Below are positions 10,921-20,552 of a stretch of 64,000 bases of DNA, one piece after another. Made by a program: the position numbers and the translations under genes. The DNA lies in the NCBI GenBank assembly GCA_937143345.1, contig CAKZRD010000019.1, positions 9,116-73,115 of the forward strand, read 5' to 3'. The notes under the pieces are model-generated. The model searched no databases. It worked only from the letters and a program-made list of their open reading frames with translations, and was not told the origin of the DNA. The stretch comes from an uncultured archaeon (lineage in GTDB: Archaea > Nanobdellota > Nanobdellia > Pacearchaeales > GW2011-AR1). Every line of letters begins with the position of its first letter. The first letter of the stretch is position 1.

Positions 10921-12231
10921 ATGGTATTTGAAGTAATAATCGGAAGAAAAGAAAATGAAAAAAAAATTTTTGGAAAAAAAGGGTTAGCTTACTTAGGTAA
11001 AAGTTATGTAAAAATGGAAGATTATACCTCTCTTTCTAATAATGTTTTTTTGGATATAGCAAAGAGCCATATAATCCTAATTTCTGGGAAAAGAGGTTCT
11101 GGAAAGTCATACACTCTAGGAGTATTGGCAGAATCTATCTCTGAGAAAGAAAAAGAAGATGGATTAAATATTTCATCTTTAATCTTTGATACGATGGGGA
11201 TTTTTTGGACAATGAAGTTTAGAAATTTTAAAGACAGGGATTTATTAGCTGAATGGGGACTTGAATCGAAAAATGTCCCAATAAATATTTATGCTCCTTC
11301 TGGTTATTTTGAAGAATATAACAAAAAGGGAATTCCAGTAGATAAAGAACTTAAAATAAAAATTTCAGAGATAACAAAAGAAGAGTGGATTGAACTTTTT
11401 AACTTAGATTATACAAAACAAGAAGCTGTTCTTATCTCTAATGTAATTTCTTTTCTTGAAGAAAAAAAATCATTAGTTTTTAATGATATTTTTAAAGAAA
11501 TAGAAAAAAATCCTTCTTTTAATAAAGAAATAAAAAACTCTGTTATAGCTCTTTTCAATATGGCTAAATCTTGGGGTATTTTCGACGAAAAAGAAGGAAC
11601 TCCAATAAAAGAAATTGTTAAAAGGGGGCAAACAACAGTTATTGATTTATCAATGTATCCTTCAATAAGTCAATTTAATATAAGGGGGCTTGTTATTGGA
11701 CTTATTTGTAAAAAATTATTTAAGGAAAGAATGATTTCTAGAAAAGAAGAAGAAGTTTTTTCTGTTCAGAGAGCAGGTTTTTCTGAATTTACAACCACCA
11801 GTGTGAAAGATAGTCCATTGGTTTGGGTTTTTATTGACGAAGCTCATGAATTTTTGCCTAAGGAAGGAAAAACTCCTGCAACAGATTCTTTAATTCAACT
11901 ATTAAGAGAAGGAAGGCAACCAGGAATTTCACTCGTTTTAGCAACACAACAGCCTGGAAAAATTCATACTGACGCAATGACTCAATCAGATATTGTTATT
12001 TCTCATTTGCTAACAGCAGAACAAGATATAAAAGCACTGAACGAAATCATGCAGAGTTATGTTTATGAAGGAATAAAGAAAAAAATGAATGAACTTCCAA
12101 AATTAAATGGTTCTGCAATAGTACTTGATGATAACTCTGAGAGAATTTATTCAATAAAAGTTAGGCCTCGTTATACTTTTCACGGCGGAGAAACTCCTAG
12201 TGCAATACAAAATTACACTAACCTTTTATAA
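10921..12231 (+). CDS. HerA/FtsK/VirB4-superfamily (DUF87-type) ATPase
   Basis: Walker A GKRGSGKS, IFDTMGIF, Walker B VFIDEAH, REGRQPG, LATQQP. Confidence 0.85.
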   Translation: MVFEVIIGRKENEKKIFGKKGLAYLGKSYVKMEDYTSLSNNVFLDIAKSHIILISGKRGSGKSYTLGVLAESISEKEKEDGLNISSLIFDTMGIFWTMKFRNFKDRDLLAEWGLESKNVPINIYAPSGYFEEYNKKGIPVDKELKIKISEITKEEWIELFNLDYTKQEAVLISNVISFLEEKKSLVFNDIFKEIEKNPSFNKEIKNSVIALFNMAKSWGIFDEKEGTPIKEIVKRGQTTVIDLSMYPSISQFNIRGLVIGLICKKLFKERMISRKEEEVFSVQRAGFSEFTTTSVKDSPLVWVFIDEAHEFLPKEGKTPATDSLIQLLREGRQPGISLVLATQQPGKIHTDAMTQSDIVISHLLTAEQDIKALNEIMQSYVYEGIKKKMNELPKLNGSAIVLDDNSERIYSIKVRPRYTFHGGETPSAIQNYTNLL

Positions 12232-13624
12232 CACTAAGTGGCCTTAATTTTGCGACAAGATTTCCTATACCTACTTCATTAGAAACCCTAGCAACTTCAT
12301 CAATATTTTTATATGCTTGTGGAGCTTCGTCTAAAATCGCTTTTTTTGAGATTGTTTTTAATTTAATATCTCTATCTGAAAGAATTTTTTCTATATCTTC
12401 AATTGAAAGATTTTTGGTTGCTGATAATCTTGAAAGAGTTCTTCCTGCACCATGTGCTGTGCTACCAAATGAAATTTCTTCTGCTTTTTTTGTCCCAACT
12501 AAAATATAACTTGAAGTTCCCATACTTCCTGGCAAGATAATCGGTTGTCCGACTTCTCGATAATCTTCTGGAAGTTCTTTTCTTCCAGGACCAAAAGAGC
12601 GAGTAGCACCTTTTCTCGTAACTAAAACTTTTTTCAATTTTCCGTCGATTATATGTTCTTCGAATTTTGCTATGTTATGGCAAATATCATAAACAACTTC
12701 TAAATTAAAATTCAAAAAAGCTTTTTCAAAAACCTTTCTTAATTTATGTGTTATCAATTGCTTGTTTGAGAAAGCAAAATTAGCTGCGCATGCCATTGCC
12801 GAAAAATACTTTTTACCCAAATCCGAGTTTATCGGAGCAAAAACCAATTCTCTGTCATATTCAGGCCAACCATATTTATCTTCCATTAATTTTATGTAAT
12901 CTGAAGCAACTTGATGACCTAAGCCCCTGCTCCCACAATGAATCATAATTAATATTTTATCCTTTTCTATACCAAAAACTCTCGCAATTTTTTCGTCGAA
13001 AATTTTTTCAACTTCTTGAAACTCTAAAAAGTGATTCCCTGCTCCGAGTGTTGCCAATTGATTTATTCCTCGCATTTTAGCCCTTTGACTTACAAAAGAC
13101 GGATTAGCTCCATACATACAACCTTCTTCCTCAGTATTTTTAATATCCTCTTTTTTAGCAAAACCTTTTTCTAAACACCATTTAGCACCTTTTTCTAAAA
13201 TCTCTTCAAGTTCTTTTTTTGAAATTTTAAAATTTCCCTCTTCTCCGACTCCGGAAGGTATCTCGTCAAAGACTAAATTCAATAAAAAATCTCTTTTTTT
13301 CAAAAACTCTTCTTTTTTTATGCTTGTCCTTAAAAGGCGTACAGAGCAGTTTATATCATAGCCAACCCCACCAGGTAATATAACGCCTTTATCCAAATCA
13401 AATGCAGCAACACCCCCAATAGGAAAACCATAACCTTGATGCGCATCAGGTAATGCTATAGCTTTTTTTAAAATTCCAGGAAGTTTTGCAACATTTTTTA
13501 TTTGTTCTAACGTCTTGTCTTTTTTCATATTCTCAAGAAGAATTTCAGAAGAAAAAACTAAACAAGGAACATTCATCTCTCCTTCTTTCTCTATTTGCCA
13601 AACGTTTTCTGAAATTTTTTTCAT
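12218..13624 (-). CDS. rtcB: tRNA-splicing ligase RtcB
   Basis: PDAHQGYGFPIGG, VGYDINCSVR, GAGNHF, HCGSRG, HGAGR. Confidence 0.96.
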   Translation of the reverse strand: MKKISENVWQIEKEGEMNVPCLVFSSEILLENMKKDKTLEQIKNVAKLPGILKKAIALPDAHQGYGFPIGGVAAFDLDKGVILPGGVGYDINCSVRLLRTSIKKEEFLKKRDFLLNLVFDEIPSGVGEEGNFKISKKELEEILEKGAKWCLEKGFAKKEDIKNTEEEGCMYGANPSFVSQRAKMRGINQLATLGAGNHFLEFQEVEKIFDEKIARVFGIEKDKILIMIHCGSRGLGHQVASDYIKLMEDKYGWPEYDRELVFAPINSDLGKKYFSAMACAANFAFSNKQLITHKLRKVFEKAFLNFNLEVVYDICHNIAKFEEHIIDGKLKKVLVTRKGATRSFGPGRKELPEDYREVGQPIILPGSMGTSSYILVGTKKAEEISFGSTAHGAGRTLSRLSATKNLSIEDIEKILSDRDIKLKTISKKAILDEAPQAYKNIDEVARVSNEVGIGNLVAKLRPLSVIKG

Positions 13625-14034
13625 ACGTCTAAAACAACTTTTGTTCCAAATTTATTTTTAATTTTCTCAATTTTCATCTCACTGAAAGTAATAGCTTTCA
13701 CAGGGTTTGAAATCTTATATTCTTTTATATTGTCTCCTATAACCTCTGCCTCAAGAGAAAACTCTTTATTTTTTTCTTTTATTGATATCTTTTCTATATT
13801 AGCAAAAATAAAAAATTTTGCTTCGAAAAGAAAAAGAAGTTCTTCTAAAAAAGAATAGAGCAAATCCTCTAGTGTTTTTTCTTTTAATTTTATTTTTTTA
13901 GAAGTGATTTTTTTAATTTTCTTTTTAGTTATTGATTCCTTTAATGCCATGGCGGAATAGAAAAAAAGTTCTTCAAATGTTTTTCCTTCAACAAAAAAAC
14001 TTATATCTGCTGTATGTGAAAGAAATTTATACAT
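13621..14034 (-). CDS. Archease
   Basis: YKFLSHTADI...VKAITF...VLDV; ATGA overlap with rtcB. Confidence 0.93.
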   Translation of the reverse strand: MYKFLSHTADISFFVEGKTFEELFFYSAMALKESITKKKIKKITSKKIKLKEKTLEDLLYSFLEELLFLFEAKFFIFANIEKISIKEKNKEFSLEAEVIGDNIKEYKISNPVKAITFSEMKIEKIKNKFGTKVVLDV

Positions 14035-14047
14035 TATAAAAAAGAGT

Positions 14048-14710
14048 TTATTTAGTTAAAAAAACTTTCTTTTCTTCTTGGCAAGAATAAATTACCTCTT
14101 CAAAAACCAAATCAACTATAGACAGGTTTGTTTTTTCTATTTTAACCATATCAAAAGGATGGGAAATAACTTGTGCTAAAAAACATCCCCTACCTGGAAT
14201 TTCTTTTTCAACATAAACAATAAATCTATCTTTCTTTTTTTCAATTCTCTTTATTTCTAAAGAATAGCCTGCTGTTGGCTTTTCTTCATCAAAAACAACT
14301 ACCATTGAATTATTATCGAAACTAAAATTCCCTTCAAAAACTTCGTTGAAAGAATATTTATCATTTAAAATATTCGCGCTTCTATCTTTTACTATTGGAT
14401 TTTTTAAATGGAAAAAAACTCTCTCAAATTTTACTTCCTCTCTAATTTCTTCAGTAAAAACTTTGCCTTCTTTTGTAAAACATTTTCTTGGAAAAGAATT
14501 TTCTATTATATTTCCTTCATTTAAACAATCTTCGAAAGAACTTATTTTTTGTTTTTTTGGAATAGAAATCACTAAAAAGATTAATAGTAAAATTACTATC
14601 AGACCAGAAATAAAATAAATTTTATTTTTTTTCAAAAAATTTTCTCTAATCTCTTTTTTTTGCTTCGCTTTCATTTTTTTTAGAAGAATTCTATCTTTAA
14701 AAAGTTTCAT
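14048..14710 (-). CDS. Membrane-anchored protein with PrcB C-terminal-like domain
   Basis: TM helix; SFEDC...FPRKC motif; EKPTAGYSLEI and AQVISHPF. Start set at the ATGA overlap with ogg. Confidence 0.7.
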   Translation of the reverse strand: MKLFKDRILLKKMKAKQKKEIRENFLKKNKIYFISGLIVILLLIFLVISIPKKQKISSFEDCLNEGNIIENSFPRKCFTKEGKVFTEEIREEVKFERVFFHLKNPIVKDRSANILNDKYSFNEVFEGNFSFDNNSMVVVFDEEKPTAGYSLEIKRIEKKKDRFIVYVEKEIPGRGCFLAQVISHPFDMVKIEKTNLSIVDLVFEEVIYSCQEEKKVFLTK

Positions 14711-15321
14711 TTTAGAACCTTGCCTGTTTCTATAAACCAAAGATAAAGATCTAGTTCAGCCAAACTCAAATTTGTTTTTTTAGCTAATGAAAAAAGAACC
14801 TCTTCTATTTGAAGATAAACTTTTTTAGTAATTGTCTTTGGTCTTTTTATTAATCCTTTTTTGACAAGCAAATCGACTATGTGAAAGTCTACAATAGCAA
14901 CATTTTTGTAACCAATGTTTCTTAAAAAGTGACTTGCTTCTTTCATTCCAAAACCTTTTATTTTTTTAAATAGTTCTTCTCTAACTTCTTTTTTATTTTT
15001 TAAAATATCAAAAATTTCTTTTTTTTGTTTTCTTGCATAACAAATAAATTCTGCTCTTTGTGACCAAAATCTATGACCTTCTTTTTTTAGTTTATTAGCT
15101 AAAACTTTTTTAGATGAAAGAAAAAAATCCTTTTCTAATTTTTTTTGGATTTTGATTGATTTTTCTGCCTGAAAATTTGCAGTAAGAATACAAAAGCATA
15201 ATTCTGAAAAAATTTTATGATTGCTTTTTCTGTTATTTTCAAACTCTTTGATCCTTCTAGAAATAATATTAGAAATAGGTTGTTTTTTTAGAGATTCTAT
15301 TTTCTTAATTAAGGATTGCAT
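14707..15321 (-). CDS. ogg: 8-oxoguanine DNA glycosylase/AP lyase (archaeal Ogg2 type)
   Basis: ELCFCILTAN, IKGFGMKEASHFLRNIG, AIVDFHI, ELDLYLWF..TGKVLK. Confidence 0.93.
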   Translation of the reverse strand: MQSLIKKIESLKKQPISNIISRRIKEFENNRKSNHKIFSELCFCILTANFQAEKSIKIQKKLEKDFFLSSKKVLANKLKKEGHRFWSQRAEFICYARKQKKEIFDILKNKKEVREELFKKIKGFGMKEASHFLRNIGYKNVAIVDFHIVDLLVKKGLIKRPKTITKKVYLQIEEVLFSLAKKTNLSLAELDLYLWFIETGKVLK

Positions 15322-15466
15322 GAATAAACTAATTTATTTAAAGTTATAAAGTTTTGCAAAAAATCTTTAGTCTATCCACTAGAAAAAATCAAAAAGATTT
15401 GCAAACTATCTAAAAACTATATCTACAAACTAAGAGTTAAAAATATAAGTAAAGTTGCTTGATTTT

Positions 15467-15832
15467 TTATTCCTTTTTTTCCGTACTCTTCCATAAGCCA
15501 TGCAAATTGCAATAAGCTCTTGCTGAAATTGGCTCGAAAGAAAATTCCGCTATTGGTTTTTGTTGTGGTTTTAAAAAAACCTTAGAAACCTCTTTTCCAT
15601 CTTCTGCTTCTATCCACTCAATATAATGCTCCTCAGTCATAGGATGTTCTACAGAGCTTACTTTTACCTTATTGTTCTCTATAACTGGAACATGTTTTTC
15701 AATAGCCCCATCTTTTTTTGTCTCTGAAACTTCCTCCATTGGCTTTCCGCAACAAACAAGAATTCCCCCACCAGAACGAAGCAACTCAACAATATTTCCA
15801 CAAAGTTGGCATTTAAAAATTTTGTTTGCCAT
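15467..15832 (-). CDS. dfx: Desulfoferrodoxin (2Fe superoxide reductase)
   Basis: CQLCGN...CCG desulforedoxin domain; EKHVP, HPMTEEHYIEWI, CNLHGLW. Confidence 0.95.
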   Translation of the reverse strand: MANKIFKCQLCGNIVELLRSGGGILVCCGKPMEEVSETKKDGAIEKHVPVIENNKVKVSSVEHPMTEEHYIEWIEAEDGKEVSKVFLKPQQKPIAEFSFEPISARAYCNLHGLWKSTEKKE

Positions 15833-16401
15833 TAATATTCTTCACATTTAACTCTATAAAAAGCTTTCGAATGGTCACAAGAAGGGCATTTTTCTGGCGG
15901 TTCTTTTCCCTTATAAACATAACCACACTCCATACAAACCCACTCAACTACTTTTTCTTTCTTAAAAAGAGTGCCTTTTTCTAATTGCTCTAAAAGTTTT
16001 TTATATCTTTCTTCGTGATGTTCTTCTGATTTTTTAATTGCTCTTAGACGATTAGCAATTTCCTGAAAACCTTCTTTTTCTGCAATATCTGCAAATTTTG
16101 GATACATTTTTGTCCATTCATAGTTTTCTCCATTTATAGCAGATCGCAAATTCTCAAGAGTATTTCCTAAAACTAAAGGAGATTCGATATCCTCGATTTT
16201 TAAAGAATTACTTTTTTTTAATTTTTGAACTTCCTCAAAAATCCTTTTTGCGTGCTCTTTTTCTTGGTCAGCTGTTTCTTGAAAAACATCTGCTATAACT
16301 TCATAACCTTCTTTTCTTGCTATTGATGCATAAAAAGTATAACGATTTCTCGCCTGGCTTTCGCCTATAAATGCCTTCATTAAATTTTTTAAAGTTTCCA
16401 T
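15832..16401 (-). CDS. rbr: Rubrerythrin
   Basis: [26 protein letters not shown]; C-terminal CMECGY...CPSCDH rubredoxin knuckle. Confidence 0.95.
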   Translation of the reverse strand: METLKNLMKAFIGESQARNRYTFYASIARKEGYEVIADVFQETADQEKEHAKRIFEEVQKLKKSNSLKIEDIESPLVLGNTLENLRSAINGENYEWTKMYPKFADIAEKEGFQEIANRLRAIKKSEEHHEERYKKLLEQLEKGTLFKKEKVVEWVCMECGYVYKGKEPPEKCPSCDHSKAFYRVKCEEY

Positions 16402-16423
16402 AAATATAGTATTAATGCTTTTT

Positions 16424-16436
16424 TTTTAAATCTTTC
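16424..16436 (-). promoter_or_regulatory. BRE/TATA promoter of leaderless rbr-dfx
   Basis: GAAAGATTTAAAA on minus strand ~22 nt upstream of the rbr ATG; the same pattern precedes many genes in the window. Confidence 0.6.
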
Positions 16437-16444
16437 TATAGAAT

Positions 16445-16542
16445 GGCTCTGTCCGGAATGGTGTTTTTAGAAAATTATTTGTGGGTCTTTAGGCTATAAT
16501 GAAGTAATAGATATCTAAAATATACTAACTCCGGACAGAACC
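16445..16542. mobile_element. 98-bp MITE-like element (IS1595/ISPna2-like ends)
   Basis: 13-bp TIRs GGCTCTGTCCGGA / TCCGGACAGAACC (12/13 match); flanking 8-bp imperfect direct repeat TATAGAAT / TAAAGAAT; no internal ORF. Confidence 0.65.
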
Positions 16543-16552
16543 TAAAGAATAA

Positions 16553-16566
16553 GAAAAGCTTATAAA
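16553..16566 (+). promoter_or_regulatory. BRE/TATA promoter of leaderless ppsA
   Basis: GAAAAGCTTATAAA ending ~22 nt before the ATG at 16588. Confidence 0.6.
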
Positions 16567-16587
16567 ATAAAGAAAACAGAAAAATCT

Positions 16588-18831
16588 ATGAAAAGAGGAG
16601 AGAATATAAAATGGCTTTCTGAACTTTCTAAAAAAGATATTCCTATTTCTGGAGGTAAGGGAGCAAATCTTGGTGAAATGTATAATGCAGGATTTCCTGT
16701 TCCTCCCGCCTTTGTTGTAACCACAAACGCTTTTCATTATTTTATTGAGAAAACAAAATTAAAAGAAGAAATAAACAATATATTATCTAAAATAGATTTA
16801 GAAGATACCAAATTATTGGCGGAAAAATCGGAAGAAATAAAAAATTTAATTTGTTCTGCAAAAATGCCTGAAGATTTAGAACAGGAAGTATTGGAAGCGT
16901 ACGAAAATTTTAATGTCGATTTAAATGAAATAAAAAATTCTCCTAACGCTTTAGTAATAATGAAAACTGCAAGAGAACCTTCTTTTGTTTCCGTCAGATC
17001 TTCTGCAACAGCTGAAGATTTAGGAGATTCATCATTCGCTGGACAACAAGAAAGTTATATAAATGTAAAAGGAAAAAAAGAATTAATCGAAAAAGTTAAA
17101 GCTGTTTTTGCTTCTATTTTTACTGCTCGTTCAATTTATTATAGAATAAAAAGGGGTTTTGATGCTTTTATAGGCATTGCGGTCATTGTTCAAAAAATGA
17201 TTAATTCGGATAAATCCGGAGTAATTTTCTCCGTTGATCCTGTTAAACAAGAAAATATTCTAATCGAGGCTGTTTGGGGGCAAGGTGAAGGAATTGTTTC
17301 TGGAAAAATTAAACCTGATGGATATATTGTTTCGAAAGATTTTGAAATCTTAGGAGAAAAGATAAGTGACAAAAAAATTGCTATCGTTAGAGATTCTTCT
17401 GGACTAACAAAAACAGTTCAATTGACAGAAGAAAAATCAAAACAAAAAGTTTTGAAAACATTTGAAATAAAACAATTAGCAGAATATGCTGTGAAACTTG
17501 AAAAGCACTACGGAAAGCCACAAGATATAGAGTTTGCTATAGAAAATGGGGAGATATTTATTCTCCAAACAAGACCAATAACAACTCTTGGAAAAAAAAT
17601 TGAGCAAGAGGAATTAGAAGGTCAATTAATTTTGGAAGGATTGGGTGCTAGTCCTGGAATAGCTTCAGGGGTTGTAAAAATAATAAGGGATTTTGATGAT
17701 TTAGACAAAATAAAGAAAGGAGATGTTTTAGTCACTGCAATGACAAATCCTGATATGGTTGTTTCTATGCAAAAAGCATCGGCAATCGTTACAGACGAGG
17801 GAGGAATTACTTCACACGCTGCTATAGTTTCTAGAGAGATGGGGATACCTTGTGTTGTTGGAACAGGAAATGCTACAAATAAACTAGAAGATGGGACTAA
17901 TATAACTGTTGATGGTTTTAAAGGAAAGGTTTATCTTGGCATAGCAGAAAACAAAAAAGTTGAAATTTTTCCTATAGTAGAAACAAAAACAAAAATTAAG
18001 GTTATTGTTGATTTGCCAGAGTTTGCTGAAAGGGGAGCAAAAACAAAAGCTAATGGTATAGGATTAGTTAGATTAGAAGGGATTATTGCTTCTTCAGGAA
18101 AACATCCTTTATTCTTTGAACAGAAAGACAATTTAGATGAATACAAAAAAATAATCAAGGAAGGTTTAGAAAAAATAGCTAACTGTTTTATAGGAAAAGA
18201 GATTTGGGTTAGAACTTCAGATATAAGGAGTGATGAATATTCTAATTTAGAAGGAGCTCCGAAACACATAGAAAAAAATCCTATGCTTGGAAATCACGGG
18301 ATAAGGTTTTCTCTAAAACATCGAGGAATTTTTGAAGCAGAATTAAAAGCAATAAAAGAATTAGCAGAAAAAGGGCATAAATTTGGAGTTATGTTCCCTC
18401 AAATAATTTCCCCTTTAGAAGTCAAAGAAGCAAAAAAAATAATGGAAAAATTAGAAATGCTTGGAAAAGTTAAAATTGGTGTGATGATAGAAACTCCTGC
18501 TGCCGCTATTTTAATTAAAGATTTATGTAATGAAGGAATTGATTTTGTCTCTTTTGGAACAAATGACTTAACCCAATATACTTTAGCAATAGACAGAGGA
18601 AATGAAGAAGTGCAATATCTCTATAATGAAGAAGATTGGGCTATAAAAAAACTCATTTCGAGAGTAATAAGGGAGTGTAAATCTCATAAAGTTGAAACAT
18701 CTATTTGTGGGCAAGCGGGAAGCAGAAAAGAAATAGTTAAATTTTTAATCGAACAGGGAATCGATTCTATCTCTGTTAATGCGGATGTTGCGAGAGAAAT
18801 TTCTGAATTTGTTAAAAGTTTAGAAAATTAA
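16588..18831 (+). CDS. ppsA: Phosphoenolpyruvate synthase
   Basis: GGKGANLGEM, VRSSATAED..SFAGQ, QTRPIT, GGITSHAAIVSREMG, SFGTNDLTQY, SICGQA. Confidence 0.96.
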   Translation: MKRGENIKWLSELSKKDIPISGGKGANLGEMYNAGFPVPPAFVVTTNAFHYFIEKTKLKEEINNILSKIDLEDTKLLAEKSEEIKNLICSAKMPEDLEQEVLEAYENFNVDLNEIKNSPNALVIMKTAREPSFVSVRSSATAEDLGDSSFAGQQESYINVKGKKELIEKVKAVFASIFTARSIYYRIKRGFDAFIGIAVIVQKMINSDKSGVIFSVDPVKQENILIEAVWGQGEGIVSGKIKPDGYIVSKDFEILGEKISDKKIAIVRDSSGLTKTVQLTEEKSKQKVLKTFEIKQLAEYAVKLEKHYGKPQDIEFAIENGEIFILQTRPITTLGKKIEQEELEGQLILEGLGASPGIASGVVKIIRDFDDLDKIKKGDVLVTAMTNPDMVVSMQKASAIVTDEGGITSHAAIVSREMGIPCVVGTGNATNKLEDGTNITVDGFKGKVYLGIAENKKVEIFPIVETKTKIKVIVDLPEFAERGAKTKANGIGLVRLEGIIASSGKHPLFFEQKDNLDEYKKIIKEGLEKIANCFIGKEIWVRTSDIRSDEYSNLEGAPKHIEKNPMLGNHGIRFSLKHRGIFEAELKAIKELAEKGHKFGVMFPQIISPLEVKEAKKIMEKLEMLGKVKIGVMIETPAAAILIKDLCNEGIDFVSFGTNDLTQYTLAIDRGNEEVQYLYNEEDWAIKKLISRVIRECKSHKVETSICGQAGSRKEIVKFLIEQGIDSISVNADVAREISEFVKSLEN

Positions 18832-18871
18832 AAATAGAAAAGTTTAAAAGACTTAAAAAAGATTTTATTAA

Positions 18872-19324
18872 ATGACATATATAGATAGAATTCTTGTTAC
18901 AGAAGATGATGCATTATTAAGAAGAATTTTTGAATCGATTGCTCGTTTGTCAGAAATTGAAATAGATATGGTAGAGTCGGCTGAGCGCGCTTTAGACACC
19001 ATTAAAAAAAGGTCTTCAGAAAATTTATCATATCCTGTGATTTTAACAGATATTGTAATGCCTGGAATGAAGGGCTTAACTCTCATAAATAAAATATGGG
19101 AATTTGTTGATAGTGGTCAAATTCTCCAACCAGAAATTTATGTTATGAGTGGGGCATGCTGCAATTATGATCGAGAAATTTCTTTAATAATTAGGGAAGG
19201 TAAAATAAAAGGTTTCTATGAAAAACCTTTTGATACCAAAAAAATTTTTGAAGAGTTAAACGAAATTAAAATGTTAGTTTTTGAAGGAAGATTAGCTCAA
19301 TATAGAACAGCTAGCTCTCGATGA
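18872..19324 (+). CDS. Single-domain response regulator (CheY-like receiver)
   Basis: ILVTEDD, ILTDIVMPGMKG (phospho-Asp), VMSG, EKPF all present. Confidence 0.88.
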   Translation: MTYIDRILVTEDDALLRRIFESIARLSEIEIDMVESAERALDTIKKRSSENLSYPVILTDIVMPGMKGLTLINKIWEFVDSGQILQPEIYVMSGACCNYDREISLIIREGKIKGFYEKPFDTKKIFEELNEIKMLVFEGRLAQYRTASSR

Positions 19325-20388
19325 ACAAACTGGTTTTTTCTTTTTTCTATTATCGGAAATTTTATTTCTTTAAATGAGAGAAGAGAGAGTCCTGTCAAAT
19401 CCAAAATCTCTTTAATATTAAGTGAAAGATTTTCAAATGCTGGGAAAGTTATAATAATTCTTGAATTTTCTTTCTTTTTTTCTTTAAACTTTTTTAAAAA
19501 AGGAACAATTTTCCTTTCGAAAGAAAATAAAAAATCCTTTTTTTCATCGTTTGAGAGTTTTCTTTTTATTAAATCTCCGAGCGGAGCTTCTGTGACAATT
19601 CCGTCAAAATCTATGTTATCTAAAAAAAAAGAATTTTTTCTTTCTATTTTGTAATTTGAGTTTAAATCAAAATTTTTGCTTAACCATTCTAAATTTTTTT
19701 GTGCGCCTTCTATTGCTTTTTTGTCTATATCAAAACCTATCGCAGGAATATTTTTTAATAAAGATTCAATTAAAATACAACCAACACCACAAAAAGGGTC
19801 AAAAAGGATATTTCCCTTTTTTAAACCAGAAAGATTTATCATAATCTTTGAAAGACGAGGAGAAATTGAAAACTCCTCTCTTCTTACTGGCTTTCTCATA
19901 TCGATAAACTCGTCTATTTTTGAGTCATAGGTTTGCTCAACTAAACCGAGAAAAAATTTGTTTCTTTTTAAAGCAAAAATTTCAAAATCTGCGTTAGAAA
20001 AAAAGAATTCTTCACCTTCTTGCAAAAGTATTCGGTTTCTTGCTCTTTTTATAAATGCTTTTTTTCTTTCTTTCTTAAATTTAGAAATAAAAATATTTTC
20101 GTCGATATTTCCTATAATTGAATAACTGAATTTATCTGAAGGAACAACCTCTTCTTTTTCTAAATATTCTAAAAAATCCTGCTTTTTAGAAAAAATTTTA
20201 AGTTTTCCTAACTTTATAATTCCGCCGAATTCTTGAATGTTGAAATTAAATTCTTCTTTTAATCTTATAGTTAGAAAATTTCTTTCAAAAAAAATCTCTT
20301 CGAATTCTATTCTCCTTGTTTCTAAATAAAGAAATATTTCTGCTTTTGACAAAAAAGGGTTTCTACCTAAAATAAAAAAATATTCCAT
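19297..20388 (-). CDS. tRNA (guanine-10-N2)-methyltransferase-like (Trm11/TrmG10 family)
   Basis: SISPRLSKIMINL, LFDPFCGVGCILIE, GFDID, VTEAPLG. Confidence 0.8.
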   Translation of the reverse strand: MEYFFILGRNPFLSKAEIFLYLETRRIEFEEIFFERNFLTIRLKEEFNFNIQEFGGIIKLGKLKIFSKKQDFLEYLEKEEVVPSDKFSYSIIGNIDENIFISKFKKERKKAFIKRARNRILLQEGEEFFFSNADFEIFALKRNKFFLGLVEQTYDSKIDEFIDMRKPVRREEFSISPRLSKIMINLSGLKKGNILFDPFCGVGCILIESLLKNIPAIGFDIDKKAIEGAQKNLEWLSKNFDLNSNYKIERKNSFFLDNIDFDGIVTEAPLGDLIKRKLSNDEKKDFLFSFERKIVPFLKKFKEKKKENSRIIITFPAFENLSLNIKEILDLTGLSLLSFKEIKFPIIEKRKNQFVHRELAVLY

Positions 20389-20552
20389 AAAAAAAGAAAA
20401 GAAAAGTATTTTATAAAGCTAATTCATTCTTATTTTACCTATTTAAAAGAAACTTTTTTATTTTTAGTGATTAAATAAGTTATGGAAAGTATTAGTAGAA
20501 AAAACCTATTTTATAAAAATTGAATAAATAAATTTCCTATAAATTTTTTAAA

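Noticed and set aside
16445-16542. Hairpin as SRP RNA or a tRNA-like gene
   Set aside because: No SRP helix-8 motif and no cloverleaf; TIRs plus a flanking direct repeat fit a MITE better
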